Source of the DNA: a virus
Lineage: Duplodnaviria > Caudoviricetes
DNA: 40,969 bases
Direction: 5' to 3' (one strand)
IMG/VR virus record: IMGVR_UViG_3300005512_003810
Location: 1-40,969 of that record
A program made the translations under genes and the position numbers. The notes under the pieces were generated by a model. It was not told the origin of the DNA. It worked only from the letters and a program-made list of their open reading frames with translations, and did not search any database. The first letter of the stretch is position 1. Each line of letters starts with the position of its first letter. Shown here piece after piece: positions 17,723-31,096 of the stretch.

Positions 17723-18448
17723 TTAATATCCAGTGTTACCGCCCGCTGTTGTCCCACTCACTGTGTTTGATGTTGACAGTGCAGTTGAGCTTGTCTCAGT
17801 GAACGTGGTTAAACTTTGAATTCTCAGTGTGTAGTCAATCTGTATCAGTCTGTTTAATGATTTCTGTACCGGATGGAATATAACGTGTGTCAGCAACTTG
17901 TTGGTGGCTCCGTTCTCCGAACCTTCCCATGATTTAAGACCCAACTCGTCAAACACGTAGTCACCATTGAAGTTTGTGGTGTTGTCGAAAGACTCCTGTC
18001 CTGTGGGTTCACCATAGTCCAGTGTACATGTACACACGATGTCGGTGAACTTGTTGCCGGTGATGTGCCTCACTTCCATCTTGTTCCTTGATGTGTCTTT
18101 GTTGGTTGCAGAGTTATTGTCTATTACTTTGTAGTAGGTCTGATTGTATAGTGTTGCATTTGTTCCAGTGGAGTTAGGTGTGAGGTAAGTTATAATACCC
18201 GTTGGGTCAACAGAAGTACCACCATTACCGAACGCCATCTCGTGTATAAATCCTGTGCTCTTGTTGGCCAGTGAGTTGGCCATGGCCTGACTCATGTTCT
18301 CGTAGTGTATGGCGTTCCTTTTGTCCACGATTACTTCACCGGTCTCAGGATCGAAAATCTTTATGTGTCCGGTCATCATCACTCCGGAGTGATCATTGGG
18401 CTTCTTGTTCTCTTCTTTTGATTCCTGCTGTTTGTTGTCCTGTGTCAT
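17723..18448 (-). CDS. Conserved jumbo-phage virion/baseplate structural protein
   Basis: GHIKIFDPETGEVIVDKRNAIHYENMS...MAFGNGG...LDYGEP...FDELGL...LLTHVIFHPVQKSLNRLIQIDYTLRI; late promoter box upstream. Confidence 0.75.
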   Translation of the reverse strand: MTQDNKQQESKEENKKPNDHSGVMMTGHIKIFDPETGEVIVDKRNAIHYENMSQAMANSLANKSTGFIHEMAFGNGGTSVDPTGIITYLTPNSTGTNATLYNQTYYKVIDNNSATNKDTSRNKMEVRHITGNKFTDIVCTCTLDYGEPTGQESFDNTTNFNGDYVFDELGLKSWEGSENGATNKLLTHVIFHPVQKSLNRLIQIDYTLRIQSLTTFTETSSTALSTSNTVSGTTAGGNTGY

Positions 18449-18454
18449 CTAGTG

Positions 18455-18461
18455 TATTTAT
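18455..18461 (-). promoter_or_regulatory. T4-like late promoter core (ATAAATA)
   Basis: Minus strand ATAAATA cactag ATG; overlaps the TAA of the 4212-aa gene. Confidence 0.6.
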
Positions 18462-21400
18462 TCAGGTGAGTTTGTGGGCTCCTCTGCTATGAATTGGGCC
18501 TGTTGAGTGGTGGAACCTTGGAGTCCTTTACCATCAGCAGGGTTACCGTCATTAGCAGTGTACCATACCTGTCCTCTCTTGTGTAATATCTTGATCTGTA
18601 CGGCGTCAGCGGGTGCTGTGCTCAAAGTGACAACATTGGTGCTTCCGTCCACAGAATAGTTGATTGTAGAGCCATCCTCGCTAGTAAGCAACAATCGTTG
18701 GCCACCAATGAATATGTCTAACTCACTAGCGCTGGATGGTGTTTGTGATAGAGTGAACACAACAGTACTACCGTCACCAGCGAAGGTGTTGGTGTATACT
18801 GTGTCCACGTAAGGAATGGTTTGAGTACCAGACGCGTCTACCACTGCTGTGCCTGATCCATGCTCCTTAACTCCTGTTCCAAGTGTACCACGTTTGAGTT
18901 GCCCCAAACTGTTGTTGGTCTTGGTAAAATATTCTATTCTCTCCTTGCCTATGAACACCACTCCCGGTATTATAGTACTCACGGTAGATCCATCTAATCC
19001 TATGACCGTTTGTGGATTGGCTAATACTGATCCATCTGCAACCTTAATTGTCTCTGCATCGGTTGCCAGTGTCTGCGTTAGTTCTGTGGTGTGTGTTTTA
19101 GAAATACGCTTGTAGAAGGTCCTATTCATCATATCCTTGAATATCCTGTACCCCACGGCGCCTGTTGCAGATTCTACCGCAAAGTACATCACATCTAATC
19201 TGTCTGAACTTGTTATTGTCTTGCCTGATATCGTCATCGTACTTCCTGAAAGAGTATAGTCGAATCCTTGCACTAACTGTTCACCGTTCAACCACACGAA
19301 CATGTACGAAGAGTTGAGTGGAGTATAATAAAGTTCATGTACTCCGTTAGGTCTTCCTTCTAGTACTTCTCTCCTCATCTTTGTACCTAGAGCGTTATTA
19401 AACGTTGTCACCCGCAATACAGAACCGTTGGTAAGTGTGTGCCCGTCTGCGGCGATCTGAGCAGTGTCTAAAACTAATGCCGACGAACTGTCACCACCGT
19501 CGATTGTGTAATGCTTATCAACCAGCGTTGTGATTGCTACAACATCTCCTTCTACCGCTCCTGTACCTTGTAGATGAACTGTTTGTGTAGCAAGATCTAC
19601 TTCGTAGTTTCCTTCCTGCGCCACGGTGCCCTCTACCAATTTCCTTCCGTTATAGTGAACCTCTATTTGATTTTTGTTAGTGATTACCTTAGCAGGATCC
19701 ACCGTTGAACCATCACTCAACCCAGATGTTATGCCAAAAGAATAAGTGGTTCCATCACCTACATAGTATGTTGTGTCTGGTCCCCTTAACACTTTTCCAT
19801 CAAGTTCCACTATTGTCAACGCATGGAAAGGCGAAACCGATCCCGGTGGGAACGTCATTGGCAAGGTTGTTGTGGAGCCATCATAGATAATGTCCTCCGC
19901 TCTGATCTGTGCCACGCTTCTAGACACACCTGTTTTTTGGAAACCGGCCACCTGTATGAAATCACCTGCCGAAGGAGCCTCAACAAATGTTATTGTCAAT
20001 GTATTTGAAAAACTGCTTCCTGATGAAACCGTTGTCGTGAACGCTGTTGTTGGAAGTCCGTTTTTGGTCACATAGATCTCAGACGCTGTTGAATCTATGT
20101 TGAAATCCTCTCTTACAGATGTTGTGAATTCTATCGTTGATCCATCTCCCGTATACTGATCTAACACTCTATAATTCTGTCCTGATATCGCGAACACCTT
20201 TGTCGTAATAATACTGTTATCGGCCGGAGCAGAAGTGAATGTAATAGTTTTTGCCGCTACATCCACAGTGTAGTCAGCCGCTGTTGAACCGTCTAGTGAA
20301 ACCTTTTTAGTCAGCCCGTCAACTGATACTGTAACCGATGCCAAAGATCCAGGATAATCTCCTATAGAGTAAGTCATGGTGCTACCGTTACCTATATAAG
20401 TTTGCTCTGTGATAAATGGCACACCCGATTGTGGAGATGTGTAAACTTTGATGTCTACTGTATCGAATATCTGTCCTGGCACTACTTCCTCAGGAGCGTA
20501 ACTAGTAGTTGGTGAAATAAACTCATCACCATCTACATTAATATCACTCGGTGCTGAACCCAACGCTGAAGCATATAATCCGTTTTTGGTGAACAGTCCG
20601 CCTTTGATTATACTATCCAATGTTCTGTCATCTGTTGGAGTTAAAACACCGTCATCATCTGATGGAATAAATTCTACCAACGAATTTTCATCCGGTGTAG
20701 TACTCAATGTAAATGTGGTTGTTGTACCGTCACCTGTTATAATATCTGACAATTTAGTCCTTGTACTGTCATCTTTTGAAGTGTAAACATAATAAACTGT
20801 TCCGGACGCCGGCGCTATTGGAAATGTGTATGAATTGGTAGATCCGTCCGCCAAGAATGGCACCGTCCTCGACAGTCCGTAGTTGTCCCATGGGTAGTCG
20901 TACCAAGCGGAGTTATCCCAGCCCTGACTCTGTGTGAACAATAATCCTGTGACCATAGTTCCACCATAGTCCACCCCTGACATCACCTGCGAAAGTTCAT
21001 TCCCCGGCATTCCCGATGCTGGTGTATAGAATCCCTTGATCCTGTCCGCCGCCGTGAGTCCTGACTCGTCACCATAGTACTTGCTGACCGCACCAATGTT
21101 GTCGTCGAAGTCTGTGGTTGATGTGAAAGCGCTTACCGCCTTGTAAAGTTCGTTGTTGTATCTTATCTTGTCATTGGAGTTATAACTGGTGTTGGCTCGC
21201 CATTCCACTACTGTTGACGTGCTGGCTATCCTGTCAAACTTGATGGTTGTGTTGAAATCCCTCACCAGGTCATTGCCCAGGTTGGCGTAGGCCTTGGCCA
21301 CGTCTGTTGGGGTTGATCCATCCGCCTTACCGCCTGTTATGGTCACCGTTGGTGTGGTAGAATATCCAAATCCTATGCCTGTCACCGTGATAGATGTCAC

Positions 21401-24400
21401 TGATCCACCCGTGATCGTGGCTGTGGCCGTTGCCGAAGTCGAGTCGTCGCCCGTGATTGTCACTGTTGGTGCTACCTCATAGCCCGATCCGCCATGGAAC
21501 ACCGTGATCGATTCCACGTGCTTCCTGTGGTAGTCATACCATAACTGCCATGGGTACTGCGTGAGCCTGGTGGCCTCCGTTGCTGGGTTGATGGATCTTA
21601 TCTTGCTAATCGAATCGTCATAGAACGGTGGATTGTCGAAATCGGTGATCACACCGTCATGCTGTTCTGGTGCATTGTAGCCCAGTTTGTACTCTCTTAA
21701 TTTTGTATGGAACGGTTTTACCTCGTTGATATAGCTCTCTATCCAACTATCTGTTCCTGTGGTATAAGTCTTCCTTTGATCAAACTGTCTCACTTTGTTG
21801 ACCGCTGTTATGAAACTGGTCTTAAACATCCAATCAACATAAGTTTGTTGTTCTAAGACTTTCCTTAATCCTGTAAAAAATAATGTGTTGTACTCTACTT
21901 TTAGATCGCCAATAAACAAGTCATCTCTCAATGCCGTTAATATCTTTCTCGTCTCAGTAACCGGTTCTTGGTCAAAGGTGTTGTCGTCAAAGTTGTCCTC
22001 ACCATCATAACCTGTGGCGTCTTGCGAATAGTCATAGAGCTTGGTGCTCAATCTAATTGTGCCGTTTTCCGTGCCCACGTTCTCCCAGCCCGTGGCTGTC
22101 CTCATGAACAGTTTCCAACCACCAGTGTCTGCGCTGGTCACTTTGACATGTTTTCCAACTGCTAGGTCGAGGGCGTCGAGCTCATACTCGAAGGTCACTT
22201 GTTTGTCGATAACGGTGTTCTCGTCGTGTGTCATGCCACCGTCGGTCTTGTACCAGTCGGTGTAACTCCAATAGTTGGATGTGTTGTATGTCTGTATCCT
22301 TGTCCTAGACCATTCCGTGCCGTCCCATTGGTATATCGCCCAATAGTTGTTTGCGGTCTCATCTGATTTCACAAGGTAGTTCACTGTTCCTGATAGATCT
22401 CCTGTGTTCAAGTATCCTAACTCAGCGTAGGTGTCTACTTGCCCGTCCCATAGTCCACTGGCGCTGGTCGGTTCTGGCTCCTTGGCGTCAAGATTTGATA
22501 GACTTATCTGTCCCACCAGTTGATTTTTCTTTAATACAGAGTTAGCATAGTCTATAATTTCTTTCAACGCAGAATATCTGTCTAAATACCAACTCTGCCT
22601 TGGTCTTATGTTATTTCCATATTTCTGATTCAGAGGTAGGTCCACATCCGGTACAAGATCTCCGGCTATATTCTTTCCACACAACGAATCCCACCAACGA
22701 GACTCCACTTGATGTCCAGGCCTGTAGTCCGGATCTCCTTCGCGTACCAGTTTCCATACAGAGTGTGCTTCGCCATCAAAATCATTTGTCCTGATGTCCA
22801 CATTTAATACGATATCACTATTAACAAGAGGTCCAATGTTATTGAGGATCAATTTGTTAGTGTCAGTAACTGAATAATATTTGATATTTGTATTTTGCGG
22901 ATTGCGGATTAAATTTGCCACAAATGCTGTTGTGTTCTTCCTATTAACCACTGAATTATTCGGTATAGAGGATCTATTTTTGACCCAAAAGTAATACCTG
23001 TTTACGAAAGTGTCTAACCTAGAGTTATACCGTTGTACGACAGTGAAATTATCTAACGCTTCTCCAGACACTGTAGCGACAGCACCCTCCTGCGTACCTG
23101 ACAACAAGTTCCATTCCGTTGGAGTTAATTGAGACTCCGTCCACTCGTATATGTCTATACTGGATCCTGGAAATGTTTTACCCCAGTTATTGACCTTATA
23201 TTCCTGTTTGTCTTGCTCGTACCATAACCATTTCACTGTGGAAAGATCCCACCATACCACACCGACACGGTCCTCTGCCCATGGAGTCTTGGCATTGGCC
23301 TCTGGGCCTGTGTTGTACACTGCCGGATCCCACGGAGATTTAATATTGATTTCCCTATCAGCAATACCTAGTATACGGCCTTTTACTGGATCATATAGAT
23401 CATAGTAGTCCCTGATTTGTTTGGTCTTACTATCAAAATCAAATACCTGACCTAGTTTATCTGTATCTATTAAAGCAGTTTCTGTTGTGATATTCTTCCA
23501 AGCGTATTCGTCGAAAACCTTTAAATCATAACAATAAACTGATCCGTCGTTGCTCAAATTGATGTTACCTTCATCTTTTGGTGCTCCTATGAATAAGTTG
23601 TTGTCGATCATACACACACCTCTGCCGTAATCATCATTTTCTGAAACATTAACAGATACTAGTCTGTCATCTAGTATAAATTTCGTATTATAGACTGTGG
23701 CAGTATATACAGCACCTGATCCTGTGTTGAGATCTACTATGTTGGTGTCTTGTAAATCAAATGTTGTTTCACCTAGATCAAACTTCATTTGTCTAGGATT
23801 GGCTGATTTTTCAGCACCTATGGCCAATCTGGTTCCTGCTTGGTTTATAGACAGCGATGACCCAAACCTAGCATCAGATATGTCACCGGGTTCATTGATA
23901 GTTTGATCTAGTGTGTAGGTATTAGTAGATCCATCCCTGTTCCATTTGTAGACATACACAGCGCCCGCGTCGGCTTGATCTGTGTCATCAAAACCCGGTG
24001 ATCCAATGACCAGTGTTGTTCCGTCCTTGCTCATCGCAATCGATTCTCCAAATGCTGTATTCAACGTTGAACCGTCACCGTCTACACCTGTCAAAGTCTG
24101 TGCTAATGCAAATGAATTCCGAGTGCTTCCATCTGAGCTTTGTGAAGTTCTTACAAATATTTCAACTTTACCAGCATTGCCTGGGGCTAGTGAACTTACA
24201 GCCAGTATATCGCCGTTGTCATTTGCTTTAATCCTGTGTCCGAACCGCTGTCCCGAACCTCCGGCTGGTGCCTCAATGGTGTAGTCCTGTGTCCATGTAT
24301 CGTATGTTGAGCCGTCAATACCTATACCCCAAGTGTACACATATACTCTTCCTGTGTCGTTGCTGTGTCCTGGTGCTGACACAAACAAGTATTTCTGATT

Positions 24401-27400
24401 CGTATTTCTAGTCGAATTTGTAGTTGGTTCTGAAATCATGTGATCCCAACCAAAATTTGCATTTTCATTAGATGTAGATCCATCTGTTGGTGCTGTCAAT
24501 GAAGAAAGTATTCCATATTTGAAAGTATTTGGATCCCATATATAAATTTTTATGAGGCCTTCGTTATAGTATCTTGTGCTTCCGTCATTCGTTAATACAT
24601 TTGTAAATGGTGCTCCTGCAATAACAAAGTTCTCGTCGGTACTAATAGACAATGATTCTCCTAATCTACTTGTGTTGTCGTTGTTATCGGTCATTGTCGC
24701 TGTGGACTGAACGGAATACACTGTGCCTGCTGAATGGCTTGATCTAAATAGGAAGTGCAGTTCTCCCTGCCCTTTGCCTGGTGCTGATATCACTGCCGAT
24801 CTTCCGTCGTTACGTGCCACAACACGATACCCAAAATTTTGATCTGCCGTCACTGTATCGGGAGACAGCGTCCTGAATTCTAAGTATGGATCTTGTTTCT
24901 CGTAAACTCTCCATAGTCCCAAACTATCCGCATCTGCGAAAACCTTGTCTCCTTCTAGTTTGACCTGCCTATCTTCCTCCTTGTCTTTGTAAACATTGTA
25001 GTTGATCCTGTCATTGACGTTGTCCATAGAACTCACCCTAACTGAGATGAACTTGTACACATTACCATAACTGTCTGCTGTGGAACCATCGGCCAACGTT
25101 GGAACAAAGTCGACGTTGTCCTCATAATCCACTATCACGGTCTTGTGGTCCGGCACGCTGGCCACCTGGAACACCCTGTTCAGCGTCGTGGCCTCGCTGT
25201 TTGAGATAGCGAAGTAGTCGGCCTCGGTGGTGTTCGATCCTGCCGACAGTCCATGTGAACCGGTAAACTGTATCAATAACCTAGTTGCGTTCTCTGAGGT
25301 GCTTAGTTGATCTATCTTGATACCAGCACTGGTCAGCCTATATACGTCCCAGTCCTTGTTCTGCTTGTTCGCCACCCATATGAGGTCATTCTTTGTGATC
25401 GAGTTGACGTCAAGGTTCAGTAGGTCTGATATATCGAACGCTGTGTGCTGTACCTGATCTAACTGTGGATAACCCGCTGTCTTGTACACCTGTGCTTTAT
25501 CTCTGCTGACTGCGGCCTTATTATAATCCAATTGTGAAAATGTGGTACTGGCTATGTATTCAACCGGCATTCTGTAAAGATTATCCTTAACCACTCCTAG
25601 CGATCTGCGATATTCCTTTGTATCAGCAGTGTTATCTAATAACTCAATGCTTTGAGGATCTGAATTTATTTCGTCGTCTTTTAAAGTAATCTGTATATTT
25701 TCTTTCGAGTCAGTGTTTCCAAACACACCTGTGCGGAGCATCCACTCTGGATATAATTTAAGATTTATATCAGAATTCTCGTACTTGGCCTTAAGCAATT
25801 TATCGATCGCGGCCTGTGTGCCTTTCTCCCTGATGTAGCCCTGGTAGAACTTGTATTGTGAAACATCATTAACAAATAAATTCTCTAGATAATCCCTTGC
25901 CTGATATCCAATCAATCTCTGAGCTAACTTCTGTTGTGATTCATCAAAGTTGTTCGATTCCATGTTATAGAAATCGTTAAACTGTGATATCTTGTAGTCA
26001 AAGTTTGGTATTAACTGAGGCGACGGCTTACTCGTTTTCAATGTCCAATTTGCACTCTCAAAAGTATCTTCTGAATTATGATTAATCTTTGCGACATAGA
26101 ACTTACCTTGATATTCCACAGAATCACCGATTCTGTATTCTGTGTTGGTAGTCCAGTATGTGACCTGTGCGGCGTCAAACACGAATCCTGGGGCATAGTA
26201 GTCTCCGTTCCATCCGGCTGTCTTCCATCCAACGATTTTCAACCTCTGCTGTCTGAATCCTGTAAACGGTTCGTAAATTATGTCTGAGAAAACAGTACTA
26301 TTATCAAATATCAATACATGTTCCTTCTGTACCGTGTTCAGTGCGATGTTGTACAATCCCACGTCAGTGGATTTGATGTTAAGGTCAAACGTTTTACCCA
26401 CACGCTTGGTGCTGATCTCTCTGATATCTATTTTCCTACCACCGGCGTCCAGTAGACTGTAATCGCCAGCCAGGTTGCGTAACTTGCCAACTATGCTGTT
26501 GTTGGTGTCCAACTCAAATCCATCAGCGGCCGGCGAAACTGTTATAGCAGATCCTGGTGCCCACTCTTGTGTGGTCCAGAACAGGAACTCACGCACCGCG
26601 TTTGACCAATTGAGGGTCTCCTTGATCTCATTGGAGTATTTGTTGAATCGGAATCCCTGCGACTCCAGCCAGTGTCCGTACCCAAATAGAAAATCCACTA
26701 CATCCTGTACGGTGTCAAACACATAGCCATAAGGTATGGTCTGTTCCGTTTCCTGGAAGGTGCTGTACTGTGACACCGCCACGGAACCCGATACTGATAT
26801 AGTTTTCGAGCTAATGGTCTTGAACGGGTAGTTGAACTTGAAGAAGGGTTTGGTTGTGGAATAACCCAGCACCTTGTAACCGCCAAGCAGTGTTGAACCA
26901 TCTGCACTAAGATCTGTGTTCTTCTCTATCAGCACGCCGGAGTACTGGAAGCTCTCGACCGGATTTGAAGTCCTGAAAAGTATCTTGTAGTTCTCGTCGG
27001 GTATGAATTTTGATCCCGCTGTAGAGCCCGGCGAAACGGAATCGGTAAGCACCTTTATATTATCTTTGTCTGTGAAACCTCCCAACTTATAAACTAGTTG
27101 AACATTCAATTCTTTCATCTTATCATAATAAAATGAAACAGGATCTAAATTCCTTGATTTCAAATAGTTCACCACGAACACTTGATATCCTGCTGTCTGA
27201 TATCTCGTAGTGATACCTGTATTGTTGTCCGTTAAGGTTTCAAGATGATACTTGGCTGTTGATAATTGCTTTCTAATACCTGTATCGGTGTATATCTGAT
27301 TGCCTGCCACGTTGGTTGACAACCTGGACACATCAAAGTAATTGCTGAAGAATTTGGCCGGTTTGGTTATGGCCAGCGTCTTGACCACAGTGAATGGATA

Positions 27401-30400
27401 TGCGGATGATCTCCTCCAGGCCGTCTCAGCCGGTGCTTGGTCTCCAAACTTCCAAGGCTGTCTCCTGCCCGGTATGTTGAAATCTCCTATCAATCCGGCC
27501 GCTATGGGATCTAGCAGGTTACCCGAAGCGTCCACAGGTAGGTAGTTTGCTATCCCTGGCTTGCCGTACCTGCCTGGCGCAGTAGCTATGGCGTTCCATA
27601 GAATGTCATTTCCAGAGGTGTAGGGTGCTGGTCCGTAGGTGTCATCCCATGTGCTCGGCTTCTCCGAGTGGCCCAACATCTCCCACGGTCTGGTGTGTGG
27701 AGCATCGGTGTCATAGTGCAACTTGTAGATGGCCCTCCAATGTCCTGGCAGTTTAGCACCTGTCAGTCTGCCTGTTGAATTGGCGTAGTTGTAAGTGAAC
27801 GGAGATCCTTCTGAGAATGTCGTGTTGTTGATGTACTGCACGTTGTTCCTGCCGGCCCAGACGTAGAAATCCGTGCCCATGATGTCGTTTATTTCAGCAA
27901 GTGTGTAATCTGTGGTTGTGAACGCGCTTGGCATAACATCCGATAGGTCCAGCAGTGATGAGTCATATGTGATCTTGATGTTATTGTAGATCCTCTTCTC
28001 CAATTCCAAAATCAGGTCATCACGCTCATCGCCGTAGGCCTTGATTATGGATCCGTCGTGTCGCCTTATCACAGCGGTGCTGGTTGTGTATGTGTCATCC
28101 GTGAATAACTCTGGCTTGAATTTTGGATACATGCCCAACTTGGTCGGACTAGTCGGCATGTAACTGCCTGTAGTGTCAGGGTAATCCTTGATCACTATTG
28201 TGTCACCAGCCGCTAAGGTTTTAGATATTGTAATACTATCGTCAGTAGTACTGAATGTATAATCTGTACCAAGAATCAACTGGATATCATTGAGATACAC
28301 ATACACTGCCCTGTTGCTCAACGTTGTGATACTGTGCTGTGAGTCCAAAGCGTACTCTGTTTGTGATGCGCCTTGTACCGTGTATGTCCTGGTGGAGACA
28401 TTCTGTCCCCAGCCCACCATGTCCTCATAGAAGAACGTAAATGAACTGTTCTTACCTACATTAATCGATTCGATTATCTCATCCACCCTATCTCTGGCCA
28501 CACCCTCGTATGCCGTGCCGGTCGCTTTTGTCAAGAATGCGTTGTACCATTTCTCGTATTCCTGGTTCACGTAGTCAATGGCTGTTATGGCGTTTGCTTC
28601 CTGATCGGTCAGATGAAATATCGCTGGCACCAGTGGTGCCTCGTGTTGGTGTATAGTTCCTCCTTTTAATCTCGATTCTGGTAAGTCTCTGAGATTTGTT
28701 GTGCCTGGAATGGCTCCCGTCAATTCCTGATTTTTGTCAAATATGTCTGTGACATGTTTTAATATCTGTCCGTATGTAAACGTACCTATGGTCTGGTTTA
28801 GGCTGTTCGTTGACAGGTTCTCGGGTATCTCGTATATACCCTTGTTAGTGACCTTGACGGCACTGCTGTAACCGGCTATCCTGATCTGATCATTGATTTT
28901 TAATTCATTAACAAACCTTATGTACTTGTTAGTTGTACCATTGGTTAGTGTATAATCTGTGATTAGAGTCTTTCTCACTCCATTTACGGAAACAGAAATT
29001 TCTAAATCTGTCAAAGAATTCGAATCCTTGTAAAAATCTATTGGAAATAATCTCTTCTCCGTTTCGTCCACAATGTGTGTTCTGATCACCCGCTGTTTGC
29101 TTTCGTTTGTCCTTTTGATCCAAGCACTCTTACTGTTGTGAATAAACCTTCCTGTTGTGTAGTGTAGATGACCTTCTGCTAAATTTTTAGTTACTGTCTT
29201 ACCATTTTCTTGATATGTGAATGTACCTGATGTATGATCGGACTCAAACACCATATCTCCCACATTATTAATAGTGTTATACTTGACCTTTAGACCTAAA
29301 ACTGTATCTGTTGGGGCAGTATCTGAGATAGCATATTTGAATACAGTGGCTCCCGCAAATGACGAGTTAGGATACACTGTGTCGTTGTCAAAACTGTTGT
29401 GGTTGTTATCGTACATGTTAAACAACGGCTGTTGGTTAAGTGTAGTTTTTTGTTGTGTGGTTCTCCAATTGGATGTGGCGGCATCAAAGTAATATGATCT
29501 TCCCTTGTTGTTAACTCCGCCCTTTACGAAAACAGTGTCTCTGTCTAATGCTGTTCCGTTGCTGTCTTCGTTGAGGGTCAATGACAATACCGTAGAGTCT
29601 CCAGCGTCAACGAAGTTGGCCACGTATATCTTGCTCCTCACTAACGGATCCGTATCCGCCGAGAATATGATCCTCATGCCATCTGTTATGGCCGTCTCGT
29701 CACAGAAGTAACCGAACTTGCCCGACACGTCACTGAAGGCGTCCCTGGTGGTCGTGTCAAATAGGTCCACAGGATTCTTGGCCACCGTTCCTGAGTTGTA
29801 CAGTGACAGTCCAGAATCGAATTCTATAATGGGTCGCTTGGCCCTGTCGGTCTCGTCCAGCACGATGGCGGTGCCGTTGACCTGTGCGGCCTTTTCGATT
29901 ACTGACTTATGGAACCATCTATTATACCTCGACCAAGCGTTGTGATCAAGCGAAGACCTGTTAATTGTTATATAATCCTTGTCTACGGGCACGCCGTCAT
30001 TCGCATAACTCTCCGGAGTACTTAAAACTGCTGTATCAGTAAGTATGATAGAATCTCCAACACCCTCTACATAATATTCCTTGTTCCTATAAGCCGCCGG
30101 CACTTTACTCGATCTGAATTTGATCTTCATACCATTTGAAAGAGCTAAAGTCCTTAGTTTATAATTTTTAACTCCAACTATGTCGTCGGCAACATCGATC
30201 TGTGCTTTTGAAGTAACTGTCCTGATATGCAGTATTCCATACATACCGTCATGACTACCACATTGATAATATAAAACGTCTGGTGCGCCGTCTGGTACCA
30301 CGAATGTCACTGTGCTCTGATCAGCACCGTTGTTGGTCACACCCGACGTGTAAAGCACAGAAGTAGAGCCGTCAGCACCTATACCGTTCTTACTAGGTTC

Positions 30401-31096
30401 TGTCATTATATAGAAAGGATGTCCTTGTGCTTCAATTATAAATTTGTAGGTGTTTCCCCTCCATAATGTTATATCCGGGTTTCTTTCGTTTTCAAGGTGC
30501 GGAAAACTATATGCTCTTCCTGAAGAATTATCATCCGGCAACGCTTCCACTTTGTATTCCACTACTGCACCTGGTCCCACAGAATCTATCTCTATAACCG
30601 AAGGTCCGTTAGGTAGCCAATAATACTCTCTGTAATTCACTAACTTGTCATAATCTATAGCCGGGTTCCAACTATAGACAGTCTCCTTGTTGAGCCTATC
30701 GTGGTTGTTGACCTTGCCTCCTAAATATTTGATCTGATTAATGTAGTCGTCATATGTACCCGTAAACTTGACCTGGTCCTCTGGATTAACTGATGTAGTA
30801 TCTCTGTCTGTGTATGTTACAGCAGGCTCCAGCTGGTATGCGAACCTGTCCCTGCTAGTAGCACTTATGTATCTGTCATTAACGTCTCTGGTGTAGGCAT
30901 CCTGTCTTCCTATATATCCGTCCAGTCTCTCTAATCTGCCTTTCTGTATCAATGGGTCAAGTACACTTGACAAGAAACGCTGATTCGTGTCGGTCCTGTA
31001 GAACGCTGGTAGGTGCTGTACAGTTCGTCTGTATTCGTTGTCGCCTTGCTTAACGACTTCGTTGTTGGTCAGTGTGTTAATTGGTTTATCGGCCAT
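18458..31096 (-). CDS. Giant (4212 aa) baseplate/virion structural protein with cupredoxin-like, CBM5/12-like, FG-GAP propeller and beta-sandwich repeat domains
   Basis: Single uninterrupted ORF coupled (TAATG) to the gp6-like wedge. N-terminus [28 protein letters not shown], and C-terminus ERIEYF...[11 protein letters not shown] are typical of giant jumbo-phage wedge proteins. Confidence 0.85.
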   Translation of the reverse strand: MADKPINTLTNNEVVKQGDNEYRRTVQHLPAFYRTDTNQRFLSSVLDPLIQKGRLERLDGYIGRQDAYTRDVNDRYISATSRDRFAYQLEPAVTYTDRDTTSVNPEDQVKFTGTYDDYINQIKYLGGKVNNHDRLNKETVYSWNPAIDYDKLVNYREYYWLPNGPSVIEIDSVGPGAVVEYKVEALPDDNSSGRAYSFPHLENERNPDITLWRGNTYKFIIEAQGHPFYIMTEPSKNGIGADGSTSVLYTSGVTNNGADQSTVTFVVPDGAPDVLYYQCGSHDGMYGILHIRTVTSKAQIDVADDIVGVKNYKLRTLALSNGMKIKFRSSKVPAAYRNKEYYVEGVGDSIILTDTAVLSTPESYANDGVPVDKDYITINRSSLDHNAWSRYNRWFHKSVIEKAAQVNGTAIVLDETDRAKRPIIEFDSGLSLYNSGTVAKNPVDLFDTTTRDAFSDVSGKFGYFCDETAITDGMRIIFSADTDPLVRSKIYVANFVDAGDSTVLSLTLNEDSNGTALDRDTVFVKGGVNNKGRSYYFDAATSNWRTTQQKTTLNQQPLFNMYDNNHNSFDNDTVYPNSSFAGATVFKYAISDTAPTDTVLGLKVKYNTINNVGDMVFESDHTSGTFTYQENGKTVTKNLAEGHLHYTTGRFIHNSKSAWIKRTNESKQRVIRTHIVDETEKRLFPIDFYKDSNSLTDLEISVSVNGVRKTLITDYTLTNGTTNKYIRFVNELKINDQIRIAGYSSAVKVTNKGIYEIPENLSTNSLNQTIGTFTYGQILKHVTDIFDKNQELTGAIPGTTNLRDLPESRLKGGTIHQHEAPLVPAIFHLTDQEANAITAIDYVNQEYEKWYNAFLTKATGTAYEGVARDRVDEIIESINVGKNSSFTFFYEDMVGWGQNVSTRTYTVQGASQTEYALDSQHSITTLSNRAVYVYLNDIQLILGTDYTFSTTDDSITISKTLAAGDTIVIKDYPDTTGSYMPTSPTKLGMYPKFKPELFTDDTYTTSTAVIRRHDGSIIKAYGDERDDLILELEKRIYNNIKITYDSSLLDLSDVMPSAFTTTDYTLAEINDIMGTDFYVWAGRNNVQYINNTTFSEGSPFTYNYANSTGRLTGAKLPGHWRAIYKLHYDTDAPHTRPWEMLGHSEKPSTWDDTYGPAPYTSGNDILWNAIATAPGRYGKPGIANYLPVDASGNLLDPIAAGLIGDFNIPGRRQPWKFGDQAPAETAWRRSSAYPFTVVKTLAITKPAKFFSNYFDVSRLSTNVAGNQIYTDTGIRKQLSTAKYHLETLTDNNTGITTRYQTAGYQVFVVNYLKSRNLDPVSFYYDKMKELNVQLVYKLGGFTDKDNIKVLTDSVSPGSTAGSKFIPDENYKILFRTSNPVESFQYSGVLIEKNTDLSADGSTLLGGYKVLGYSTTKPFFKFNYPFKTISSKTISVSGSVAVSQYSTFQETEQTIPYGYVFDTVQDVVDFLFGYGHWLESQGFRFNKYSNEIKETLNWSNAVREFLFWTTQEWAPGSAITVSPAADGFELDTNNSIVGKLRNLAGDYSLLDAGGRKIDIREISTKRVGKTFDLNIKSTDVGLYNIALNTVQKEHVLIFDNSTVFSDIIYEPFTGFRQQRLKIVGWKTAGWNGDYYAPGFVFDAAQVTYWTTNTEYRIGDSVEYQGKFYVAKINHNSEDTFESANWTLKTSKPSPQLIPNFDYKISQFNDFYNMESNNFDESQQKLAQRLIGYQARDYLENLFVNDVSQYKFYQGYIREKGTQAAIDKLLKAKYENSDINLKLYPEWMLRTGVFGNTDSKENIQITLKDDEINSDPQSIELLDNTADTKEYRRSLGVVKDNLYRMPVEYIASTTFSQLDYNKAAVSRDKAQVYKTAGYPQLDQVQHTAFDISDLLNLDVNSITKNDLIWVANKQNKDWDVYRLTSAGIKIDQLSTSENATRLLIQFTGSHGLSAGSNTTEADYFAISNSEATTLNRVFQVASVPDHKTVIVDYEDNVDFVPTLADGSTADSYGNVYKFISVRVSSMDNVNDRINYNVYKDKEEDRQVKLEGDKVFADADSLGLWRVYEKQDPYLEFRTLSPDTVTADQNFGYRVVARNDGRSAVISAPGKGQGELHFLFRSSHSAGTVYSVQSTATMTDNNDNTSRLGESLSISTDENFVIAGAPFTNVLTNDGSTRYYNEGLIKIYIWDPNTFKYGILSSLTAPTDGSTSNENANFGWDHMISEPTTNSTRNTNQKYLFVSAPGHSNDTGRVYVYTWGIGIDGSTYDTWTQDYTIEAPAGGSGQRFGHRIKANDNGDILAVSSLAPGNAGKVEIFVRTSQSSDGSTRNSFALAQTLTGVDGDGSTLNTAFGESIAMSKDGTTLVIGSPGFDDTDQADAGAVYVYKWNRDGSTNTYTLDQTINEPGDISDARFGSSLSINQAGTRLAIGAEKSANPRQMKFDLGETTFDLQDTNIVDLNTGSGAVYTATVYNTKFILDDRLVSVNVSENDDYGRGVCMIDNNLFIGAPKDEGNINLSNDGSVYCYDLKVFDEYAWKNITTETALIDTDKLGQVFDFDSKTKQIRDYYDLYDPVKGRILGIADREINIKSPWDPAVYNTGPEANAKTPWAEDRVGVVWWDLSTVKWLWYEQDKQEYKVNNWGKTFPGSSIDIYEWTESQLTPTEWNLLSGTQEGAVATVSGEALDNFTVVQRYNSRLDTFVNRYYFWVKNRSSIPNNSVVNRKNTTAFVANLIRNPQNTNIKYYSVTDTNKLILNNIGPLVNSDIVLNVDIRTNDFDGEAHSVWKLVREGDPDYRPGHQVESRWWDSLCGKNIAGDLVPDVDLPLNQKYGNNIRPRQSWYLDRYSALKEIIDYANSVLKKNQLVGQISLSNLDAKEPEPTSASGLWDGQVDTYAELGYLNTGDLSGTVNYLVKSDETANNYWAIYQWDGTEWSRTRIQTYNTSNYWSYTDWYKTDGGMTHDENTVIDKQVTFEYELDALDLAVGKHVKVTSADTGGWKLFMRTATGWENVGTENGTIRLSTKLYDYSQDATGYDGEDNFDDNTFDQEPVTETRKILTALRDDLFIGDLKVEYNTLFFTGLRKVLEQQTYVDWMFKTSFITAVNKVRQFDQRKTYTTGTDSWIESYINEVKPFHTKLREYKLGYNAPEQHDGVITDFDNPPFYDDSISKIRSINPATEATRLTQYPWQLWYDYHRKHVESITVFHGGSGYEVAPTVTITGDDSTSATATATITGGSVTSITVTGIGFGYSTTPTVTITGGKADGSTPTDVAKAYANLGNDLVRDFNTTIKFDRIASTSTVVEWRANTSYNSNDKIRYNNELYKAVSAFTSTTDFDDNIGAVSKYYGDESGLTAADRIKGFYTPASGMPGNELSQVMSGVDYGGTMVTGLLFTQSQGWDNSAWYDYPWDNYGLSRTVPFLADGSTNSYTFPIAPASGTVYYVYTSKDDSTRTKLSDIITGDGTTTTFTLSTTPDENSLVEFIPSDDDGVLTPTDDRTLDSIIKGGLFTKNGLYASALGSAPSDINVDGDEFISPTTSYAPEEVVPGQIFDTVDIKVYTSPQSGVPFITEQTYIGNGSTMTYSIGDYPGSLASVTVSVDGLTKKVSLDGSTAADYTVDVAAKTITFTSAPADNSIITTKVFAISGQNYRVLDQYTGDGSTIEFTTSVREDFNIDSTASEIYVTKNGLPTTAFTTTVSSGSSFSNTLTITFVEAPSAGDFIQVAGFQKTGVSRSVAQIRAEDIIYDGSTTTLPMTFPPGSVSPFHALTIVELDGKVLRGPDTTYYVGDGTTYSFGITSGLSDGSTVDPAKVITNKNQIEVHYNGRKLVEGTVAQEGNYEVDLATQTVHLQGTGAVEGDVVAITTLVDKHYTIDGGDSSSALVLDTAQIAADGHTLTNGSVLRVTTFNNALGTKMRREVLEGRPNGVHELYYTPLNSSYMFVWLNGEQLVQGFDYTLSGSTMTISGKTITSSDRLDVMYFAVESATGAVGYRIFKDMMNRTFYKRISKTHTTELTQTLATDAETIKVADGSVLANPQTVIGLDGSTVSTIIPGVVFIGKERIEYFTKTNNSLGQLKRGTLGTGVKEHGSGTAVVDASGTQTIPYVDTVYTNTFAGDGSTVVFTLSQTPSSASELDIFIGGQRLLLTSEDGSTINYSVDGSTNVVTLSTAPADAVQIKILHKRGQVWYTANDGNPADGKGLQGSTTQQAQFIAEEPTNSPE
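23530..24846 (-). repeat. FG-GAP (integrin-alpha-like) beta-propeller repeats, ~7 blades, inside the giant protein
   Basis: NFGYRV..AVISAPG; RLGESL..VIAGAP; NFGW..FVSAPG; RFGHRI..LAVSS; AFGESI..LVIGSPG; RFGSSL..LAIGAE; DYGRGV..LFIGAP. Confidence 0.8.

Noticed and set aside
18638-30373. DGST-encoding 12-mers as DNA repeats, CRISPR or DGR-like elements
   Set aside because: Copies vary at synonymous positions, are irregularly spaced and in frame; no reverse transcriptase, cas gene or TR/VR pair is visible.
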